DNA of 32,000 nucleotides from Mycolicibacterium smegmatis (GTDB lineage Bacteria; Actinomycetota; Actinomycetes; Mycobacteriales; Mycobacteriaceae): NCBI RefSeq assembly GCF_001457595.1, contig NZ_LN831039.1, positions 5,790,001 to 5,822,000 of the forward strand, read 5' to 3'. Shown piece by piece: positions 26,112 to 32,000 of this stretch (position 1 is its first letter; each line of letters starts with the position of its first letter). The notes under the pieces were generated by a model. It saw only the letters and a program-made list of their open reading frames with translations, ran no database searches and was not told where the DNA came from. The position numbers and the translations under genes were made by a program.

Positions 26112-27084
26112 CCTTCTGCTCGAAGAGTTCGATGCCGGAGCGGTCGTAGGCCGCCTCGGGGAAGTAGAGGATCGCATACTCGCAGCCGAGGTCGCGGACG
26201 CGCTTGAGCTTCTCGATCACCTGTTCCGGTGTGCCCGACGCGGATTCGGGTGCGCTCATGGTCGAGAGCATGGCGTCGACCGCGTCCTCGCCCGCGACCG
26301 GGGCCTGCCGGGCCCGCAGCCGCTGGATGCGGTCCTTGACGTCCTTTTCGGACTCTCCGATCACCGCGTTGAAGTTGGCCGAGCGCACGATCGCGTCGAA
26401 ATCGGTGCCGACGGCGCGGCAGTGCTCGGCCAGGATCTGCGACTTGTGCCTGAAGCCCTCCGGCTCGGACGTGAAGTTGGTGTACTGCGCGTACTTGGCG
26501 GCGATCTTCAGCGTGACCTTCTCGCCACCGCCGGCGATCCACAGCGGGATCCCGTTGTCCTGCAGCGGTGTGGGCGAGACGATCGCGCCGTCCACCTGAT
26601 AGTGCTTACCCGAGAAGCTCACCCGCCCGTCGCGCCAGGCGTCGCGCATGATCTGCACGCCCTCGTCGAGACGCGCGAGGCGTTCCCCGGCAGACGGGAA
26701 GCCGTAGCCGTAGGCGCGCCACTCGTGCTCATACCAGCCGCCCCCGATACCCATCTGCACCCGGCCGCCGGAGATGACGTCGGCGGTGGCGGCCACCTTC
26801 GCGAGATAGGTCGGGTTGCGGTACGACATCGCGGTGCACATCTGCCCGAGCTTGATACGCGACGTCGTCGCCGCGTATGCGGCCATGAGCGTCCACGCCT
26901 CGTGCGTCGCCTCGCCCGTGGGCACCGGAACGGTGTGGAAGTGGTCGTAGACCCACAGCGAGTCCCACGCCTCCGTGCCGTCGGCGTAGGCAGCCAGATC
27001 ATGCATCACCGACCAGTGCCGATCGGTGGGAATGTCGACGAGATCCAGACGCCAGCCCTGCGGGATGAACAATCCAAAGCGCAT
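26092..27084 (-). CDS. Luciferase-like monooxygenase (LLM) class F420-dependent oxidoreductase
   Basis: 330 aa. MRFGLFIPQGW..., SLWVYDHF, GGRVQMGIGGGWYEHEWRAYGYGF and IPLWIAGGGEK are typical of the mycobacterial LLM/F420 family. Confidence 0.88.
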   Translation of the reverse strand: MRFGLFIPQGWRLDLVDIPTDRHWSVMHDLAAYADGTEAWDSLWVYDHFHTVPVPTGEATHEAWTLMAAYAATTSRIKLGQMCTAMSYRNPTYLAKVAATADVISGGRVQMGIGGGWYEHEWRAYGYGFPSAGERLARLDEGVQIMRDAWRDGRVSFSGKHYQVDGAIVSPTPLQDNGIPLWIAGGGEKVTLKIAAKYAQYTNFTSEPEGFRHKSQILAEHCRAVGTDFDAIVRSANFNAVIGESEKDVKDRIQRLRARQAPVAGEDAVDAMLSTMSAPESASGTPEQVIEKLKRVRDLGCEYAILYFPEAAYDRSGIELFEQKVIPALS

Positions 27085-27193
27085 GACACACGACTCTAGA
27101 ACTGAAAACCCGGATGTCCAGCCCCTGAGGGGTTTCCTGCATCAGATCCCCAGGATAGCGACGCATGTCACAGCATCTGGCTAGCCTGAGGTC

Positions 27194-27619
27194 ATGGCCC
27201 TCTCGAAAGACGAACGTGAACAGTTCCTCGCCGAACCGCACATCGCGGCCCTGTCCGTCTACGCAGGAGACAAGCGCGGACCGCTCACCGTGCCCATCTG
27301 GTACCAGTACTCCCCCGGCGGTGAACCGTGGGTGCTCACCGGCAACGGCTCACGCAAGCACCGGCTGATCGAAGCGGCGGGCCGGTTCACCCTGATGGTC
27401 GAGCGCCTGGAGCCCACGGTGCGCTACGTCGCGGTCGACGGTCCCGTCAGCCGTATCGAGCCCGCCACCGACGACCACCTCGTCGAGATGACCAAGCGCT
27501 ACCTGCCACCCGAGAAGGTCGAGGGATACCTTGAGTTCGCGCGGCGTGAGCACGGCGAGAGCGTCGTCATCCGCCTGACACCCGAGCACTGGCTCTCGAC
27601 GGACCTTGGCTCGGTCTGA
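27194..27619 (+). CDS. PPOX-class (pyridoxamine 5'-phosphate oxidase-like) probable F420-dependent enzyme
   Basis: 141 aa. EREQFLAEPHIAALSVYAGDKRGPLTVPIWYQY is a split-barrel FMN/F420-binding family signature. Confidence 0.82.
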   Translation: MALSKDEREQFLAEPHIAALSVYAGDKRGPLTVPIWYQYSPGGEPWVLTGNGSRKHRLIEAAGRFTLMVERLEPTVRYVAVDGPVSRIEPATDDHLVEMTKRYLPPEKVEGYLEFARREHGESVVIRLTPEHWLSTDLGSV

Positions 27620-27655
27620 CGGTTCCTGAAATCCGCTGCGGCTGCGGCGCGTAGC

Positions 27656-28105
27656 GTGACCGACGTGGCCGATCTGTCGTCTTTCGCCGAGTTGTTGTCA
27701 CGTGATCACGGGTTGTGTGTGCTGAGCACGCTGCGCCGCGACGGCAGCATCCAGTCCTCGGTGGTCAACGCGGGCGTGATGGCGCATCCGCACACCTCCG
27801 AACAGGTCGTCGCGCTCGTCGCGCTCGGTGGTTCGCTCAAGCTGCGCCATCTGCGCGCGGACCCACGTGCCACGGTCGCGGCCCGTGCGGGATGGGAGTG
27901 GGCGACGGTGGAGGGTACCGCCGAGATCATCGGTCCCGACGACAGTGACGTCGACGCCGAGTCGCTGCGAGTGTTGCTGCGCAACGTCTTCGAGGCCGCG
28001 GGCGGCACGCACGACGACTGGGACACCTATGACCGCGTGATGCGCGAGGAGCGTCGCGCCGCGGTGCTGATCACCCCGACGCGCGTCTACTCGAACCCGC
28101 ACTGA
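27656..28105 (+). CDS. PPOX-class probable F420-dependent oxidoreductase
   Basis: 149 aa, GTG start. LLSRDHGLCVLSTLRRDGSIQSSVVNAGV... and KLRHLRADPRATV are typical of the family. Confidence 0.82.
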   Translation: MTDVADLSSFAELLSRDHGLCVLSTLRRDGSIQSSVVNAGVMAHPHTSEQVVALVALGGSLKLRHLRADPRATVAARAGWEWATVEGTAEIIGPDDSDVDAESLRVLLRNVFEAAGGTHDDWDTYDRVMREERRAAVLITPTRVYSNPH

Positions 28106-28244
28106 TTTCCCCCGCCGACTCACCGCAGACGCACGGCGATACGCACGGGCCCGTACACTCCGGAATCGGCTTGGCCCGCAGCACGTTCGACGCGCGCGGA
28201 CACGGCACCGCGACGTCGTCCGAAGCGTAGGTCCCCCAGACGGC

Positions 28245-28283
28245 ACAAACCTGCCCTCCTCCGCAGGAGAAGGGCAGGTTTGT
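28245..28283. terminator. Bidirectional intrinsic-terminator-like hairpin between convergent PPOX and fadB genes
   Basis: Perfect 13-bp inverted repeat ACAAACCTGCCCT-N13-AGGGCAGGTTTGT, 25 nt downstream of the fadB stop. Confidence 0.6.
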
Positions 28284-28307
28284 CTTCGCGCCGGTACCGA
28301 GGAGGCT

Positions 28308-30455
28308 TTACGACTCCAGCGAGGCGGGCGGGTTGAACCGGTCGCCGTAGCGCTCGGCCAACTGCTTGGCACGGGCCACGAAGGCCTCCTTGCCGACACC
28401 CAGTTCACCCTCGTAACCCTGGATGAACTGCGCGCTGCCACCGGTGTACGGCGGGTAGCCGATACCCATGATGGAGCCGATGTTCGCGTCGGCCGTCGAG
28501 GTCAGCACACCCTCGTCCAGGCACTTCTGGGTCTCGATCGCCTCGGCGAACAGCATGCGGTCGATCATGTCCTGCAGCGGGATCGAGGCGTTGCCCGAGC
28601 CGAATGTCTCGGCCAGGCCCGGCCACAGACCCACGCGCTTGCCGTCGGCGTACTCGTAGAAGCCGGCGCCCTTCAGACGCGACGGACGACCGATCTCAAT
28701 CATCTTGTTCACCACGGCCTCGGCCGGGTGCGGCTGGTAGGAGGCGCCCGTGGCCTCGGCGGCCTTGCGGGTTTCGGTCGCGATCTTCTGCATGAGCTCC
28801 AGGTTGAGCTCGTCGGACAGCTGCAGCGGCGGAGCCGGGTAACCGGCCTGCTTGCCTGCCTGCTCGATGCTGGCCGCGGGCACGCCCTCACCCAGCATCG
28901 CCAGCGCCTCGTTGACGAAGGTGCCGATGACACGGCTGGTGAAGAAGCCGCGGCTGTCGTTGACCACGATCGGGGTCTTGCCGATGGCCAGCGTGTAATC
29001 GAACACCCGGGCCAGCGCCTCGTCGGAGGTCTTCTCGCCCTTGATGATCTCCACCAGCGGCATCTTGTCGACCGGCGAGAAGAAGTGGATACCGATGAAG
29101 TCCTCCTGGCGCTTCACACCGGTCGCCAGACCGGTGATCGGCAGCGTCGAGGTGTTGGACCCCAGGACCGCGTTGGGCTCGACGATGTCCTCGATCTCCT
29201 GGAACACCTTGTGCTTGAGTTCGGAGTTCTCGAAGACGGCCTCGATCACGAAGTCGACACCCTTGAGGTCGGCCGCATCGGCGGTCGGCGTGATCCGCGC
29301 CAGCAGCGCGTCGCTGCGCTCCTTGGTGGTCTTGCCACGCTCGAGCGCCTTGGCCTCGATCTTCTCCGAGTAGTTCTTGCCGCGTTCGGCGGCCTCGAGC
29401 GTGACGTCCTTGAGGACGACCTCGAAGCCCGCCTTGGCCGACACGTAGGCGATACCGGCGCCCATCATGCCCGCGCCCAGGACACCGACCTTCTTGATCT
29501 CCTGCTTGGCGATGCCGTCGGGACGCGAACCGCCACCGTTGATGGTCTGCAGGTCCAGGAAGAAGGCCTGGATCATGTTCTTCGCGGTCTGGCCGGTGAC
29601 CAGGCTGACGAAGTAACGGCTCTCGATGCGGGTGGCGGTCTCGAAGTCGACCTGTGCACCCTCGACCGCGGCGGCCAGGATGGCGCGCGGCGCGGGCATC
29701 GGCGCACCCTTGAGCTGCTTTTTCAGCAACGCCGGGAACGACGGCAGGATGCTCGCCAGCGCGGGGCTGGACGGCGTGCCGCCGGGCATCTTGTAGCCCT
29801 TGGCATCCCACGGCTGGGTGTGGGCTTCCGGATTGGCCTTGATCCACGCCTTGGCGGCCGGGACCAGTTCCTCGACGCTGCCGACGAGCTCGTCGACCAG
29901 GCCGACCTCCTTGGCCTTGCCCGGACGGAACCGGGTGCCCTGGCTCAGCACCTCCATGAAGGCCTTCTGGATGCCGAACATGCGCACGGTGCGGGCAACG
30001 CCGCCACCGCCGGGCAGCAGGCCCAGGGTGACCTCGGGAAGACCGATCACCACGCCCTTGACGTCGGCCGCGATGCGGTGATGGCAGGCCAGCGCGATCT
30101 CCAGGCCACCGCCGAGCGCGGCGCCGTTGATGGCGGCGACGACGGGCTTGCCCAGGGTCTCCAGCTTGCGCAGATCGGCCTTGATGAACTCGACCTCGGC
30201 GAAGGACTCGGCGGCGTTCTCCGGGCCGACCTTCATCATGCCCTTGAGGTCACCACCGGCGAAGAAGGTCTTCTTCGCGCTGGCGATGACCACACCGGTG
30301 ATCGAATCCTTCTCCGCGACAAGGCGTTCCACGGCATTGTGCATGGATTCCTTGTAGTGCTCGTTCATCACGTTGGCCGAGCCGGTCGGGTCGTCCAGCG
30401 TCAGCGTGACGATGCCGTCGGCATCCTTGTCCCACTTGATGGTGTTTTCAGCCAT
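28308..30455 (-). CDS. fadB: Fatty-acid oxidation multifunctional protein FadB (enoyl-CoA hydratase / 3-hydroxyacyl-CoA dehydrogenase)
   Basis: 715 aa. N-terminal crotonase fold (FFAGGDLKGM, AAINGAALGGGLEIALACH). Central NAD-binding VGVLGAGMMGAGIA. Syntenic with fadA. Confidence 0.96.
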   Translation of the reverse strand: MAENTIKWDKDADGIVTLTLDDPTGSANVMNEHYKESMHNAVERLVAEKDSITGVVIASAKKTFFAGGDLKGMMKVGPENAAESFAEVEFIKADLRKLETLGKPVVAAINGAALGGGLEIALACHHRIAADVKGVVIGLPEVTLGLLPGGGGVARTVRMFGIQKAFMEVLSQGTRFRPGKAKEVGLVDELVGSVEELVPAAKAWIKANPEAHTQPWDAKGYKMPGGTPSSPALASILPSFPALLKKQLKGAPMPAPRAILAAAVEGAQVDFETATRIESRYFVSLVTGQTAKNMIQAFFLDLQTINGGGSRPDGIAKQEIKKVGVLGAGMMGAGIAYVSAKAGFEVVLKDVTLEAAERGKNYSEKIEAKALERGKTTKERSDALLARITPTADAADLKGVDFVIEAVFENSELKHKVFQEIEDIVEPNAVLGSNTSTLPITGLATGVKRQEDFIGIHFFSPVDKMPLVEIIKGEKTSDEALARVFDYTLAIGKTPIVVNDSRGFFTSRVIGTFVNEALAMLGEGVPAASIEQAGKQAGYPAPPLQLSDELNLELMQKIATETRKAAEATGASYQPHPAEAVVNKMIEIGRPSRLKGAGFYEYADGKRVGLWPGLAETFGSGNASIPLQDMIDRMLFAEAIETQKCLDEGVLTSTADANIGSIMGIGYPPYTGGSAQFIQGYEGELGVGKEAFVARAKQLAERYGDRFNPPASLES

Positions 30456-30483
30456 GATTTTCAGTCCTTTTCCCGACGCGCGC

Positions 30484-31695
30484 TCAAACTCGTTCGATGA
30501 TGGTGGCCACGCCCATGCCGCCGCCCACGCACAGCGTGATCAGCGCGCGCCGGGCGCCGCGGCGCTCCAGCTCGTCGACCATGGTTCCGGTGATCATGGC
30601 GCCCGTGGCGCCGAGCGGGTGGCCCATCGCGATGGCGCCACCGTTGACGTTGAGCTTCTCGTCGGGGATGCCCAGGTCCTTCTGGAACTTCAGCACCACC
30701 GAGGCGAACGCCTCGTTGAGCTCGAACAGGTCGATGTCGTCGACCGTCAGGCCGGCGCGGTCCAGCACCTTCTTGGTGGCCGGGGTGGGGCCGGTCAGCA
30801 TGATGACCGGGTCGGCACCGGAGGTCGCGGTGGCGACGATGCGGGCACGCGGGGTCAGGCCCTGCGACTGGCCCGCCTTCTCGCTACCGATGAGCACCAG
30901 CGCGGCGCCGTCGACGATGCCCGAGCTGTTGCCGCCGGTGTGGACGTGGTTGATCTTCTCTATCGAGTGGTACTTCTGCAGCGCCACGTCGTCGAAGCCG
31001 CCCATCGCGCCGACACCCTCGAATGCGGGCTTGAGCTTGCCCAGGCTCTCGACGGTGGTGCCGGGACGCATGTGCTCGTCGTGATCCAGCACGACCAGGC
31101 CGTTCTGGTCCTTCACGGGCACCACGGACTTGGAGAAGTAGCCGCCCGACCAGGCCGCCGCGGCGCGCTCCTGCGAGCGTGCGGCGTAGGCGTCGACGTC
31201 CTCGCGGGAGAATCCCTCGATGGTGGCGATCAGGTCGGCGCCGATACCCTGCGGCACGAAACCGATGCGGTAGTTGGTCTCGGGATCACCGGCCCAGGCG
31301 CCGCCGTCGGAACCCATCGGCACGCGGCTCATGGACTCCACGCCGCCGGCGAGCACCAGGTCGTCCCAGCCCGAGCGCACCTTCTGCGCGGCGATGTTCA
31401 CGGCCTCAAGGCCGGACGCGCAGAAGCGGTTGAGCTGCACACCACCGGTGGTTTCCGGCAGGTTCGCGACCAGCGTCGCGGTGCGGGCGATGTCGCCGCC
31501 CTGGTCGCCCACGGGCGACACCACGCCGAGCACGAGGTCGCTGATCAGGGTCTCGTCCAGGTTGGGGAAACGGACTCGCAGTTCATCGATCAGGCCGACG
31601 ACCAGGTTGACGGGCTTGATCTCGTTGAGGGCTCCGCCACGCTGCTTGCCGCGTGGCGTACGAATAGCCTCGTAGATGAAGGCTTCTTCGGACAT
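30484..31695 (-). CDS. fadA: Acetyl-CoA C-acyltransferase (3-ketoacyl-CoA thiolase) FadA
   Basis: 403 aa. Active-site Cys context [17 protein letters not shown]-terminal GHPLGATGA and CVGGGMG thiolase signatures. Confidence 0.96.
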   Translation of the reverse strand: MSEEAFIYEAIRTPRGKQRGGALNEIKPVNLVVGLIDELRVRFPNLDETLISDLVLGVVSPVGDQGGDIARTATLVANLPETTGGVQLNRFCASGLEAVNIAAQKVRSGWDDLVLAGGVESMSRVPMGSDGGAWAGDPETNYRIGFVPQGIGADLIATIEGFSREDVDAYAARSQERAAAAWSGGYFSKSVVPVKDQNGLVVLDHDEHMRPGTTVESLGKLKPAFEGVGAMGGFDDVALQKYHSIEKINHVHTGGNSSGIVDGAALVLIGSEKAGQSQGLTPRARIVATATSGADPVIMLTGPTPATKKVLDRAGLTVDDIDLFELNEAFASVVLKFQKDLGIPDEKLNVNGGAIAMGHPLGATGAMITGTMVDELERRGARRALITLCVGGGMGVATIIERV

Positions 31696-31786
31696 GTAGA
31701 TCTCCAGGTCCTGTCAAGGGTTGGTGTGACGGGCATGAACCCGCGTGGAGGTGTTTTGTCCTCTGCGCGCGAGCCTAGCAGCCTCA

Positions 31787-31804
31787 CCCAACCGCTTGGT
31801 TGGG
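31787..31804. other. Hairpin CCCAACC-GCTT-GGTTGGG upstream of fadA and downstream of the partial minus-strand ORF
   Basis: 7-bp stem with a 4-nt loop, read directly. Could be a terminator of the upstream gene or an operator in the fadA promoter region. Confidence 0.3.
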
Positions 31805-31841
31805 ACGCCTGGAGATGTGGTGCAGTTCCTACTCGGCGGCG

Positions 31842-32000
31842 TTACTTGGAAGCGCCCTCCGTGTCGTCGAAGAAGTGCCATTCGCCGCCCTGCTCGACCT
31901 CCATCCGCCAGCCCAGCTCGGTGTTGTCGGCCCGTTGGTCGACGAACCAGGCATGCGCGTCATCGGCGCTTTCGATGTCTTTGGTGTCGACGACGTCGCC
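31842..32000 (-). CDS. 3' end of an unidentified acidic protein (partial, continues beyond the window)
   Basis: My own translation gives ...DVVDTKDIESADDAHAWFVDQRADNTELGWRMEVEQGGEWHFFDDTEGASK, with stop TAA at 31842-31844. GC3-rich codons. No domain recognised. Confidence 0.4.
   Translation of the reverse strand, partial: GDVVDTKDIESADDAHAWFVDQRADNTELGWRMEVEQGGEWHFFDDTEGASK

Overview
High-GC mycobacterial chromosome. IS1096-type elements are present, and the core gene order matches my recollection of M. tuberculosis Rv0876c to Rv0859, so the source is probably Mycolicibacterium smegmatis or a close relative.

Core genes, left to right: a multi-TM membrane protein, a small exported protein, a Xi-class GST, cspB-like, yccF-like, moaA-moaD, rpfA, moaE/mog/moaC on the minus strand, an XPB-associated large protein plus the XPB/ERCC3 helicase, and at the right end fadB-fadA. 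rpfA has a c-di-AMP (ydaO-type) riboswitch leader and a CRP-like site. Its Pro/Ala repeat region carries an apparent 1-nt frameshift.

About 15 kb of accessory DNA lies between xpb and fadB (13.2-28.1 kb). It holds a cupin protein, a DUF2510-like membrane protein, two SDRs, a YbfB-type MFS, a LysR regulator, a SnoaL-like protein, an F420-type LLM oxidoreductase and two PPOX-class proteins.

The most interesting part is 14.3-22.0 kb. Two apparently identical 2257-bp IS1096 copies lie in inverted orientation around a low-GC segment. That segment encodes an espA/espE-like protein and an espC-like protein, followed by the 5' end of an espD-like gene.

The espD-like gene can be rebuilt in frame from three separated pieces. 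It is interrupted by a nested 1459-bp ISL3 element with a perfect 8-bp target-site duplication, by an IS1096 insertion, and by an in-frame amber codon.

The IS1096 target-site duplications pair crosswise between the two copies. This shows that homologous recombination between the IS copies inverted the intervening segment. None of this is visible in the ORF track.

Many long antisense ORFs in the track are high-GC artefacts and are rejected.
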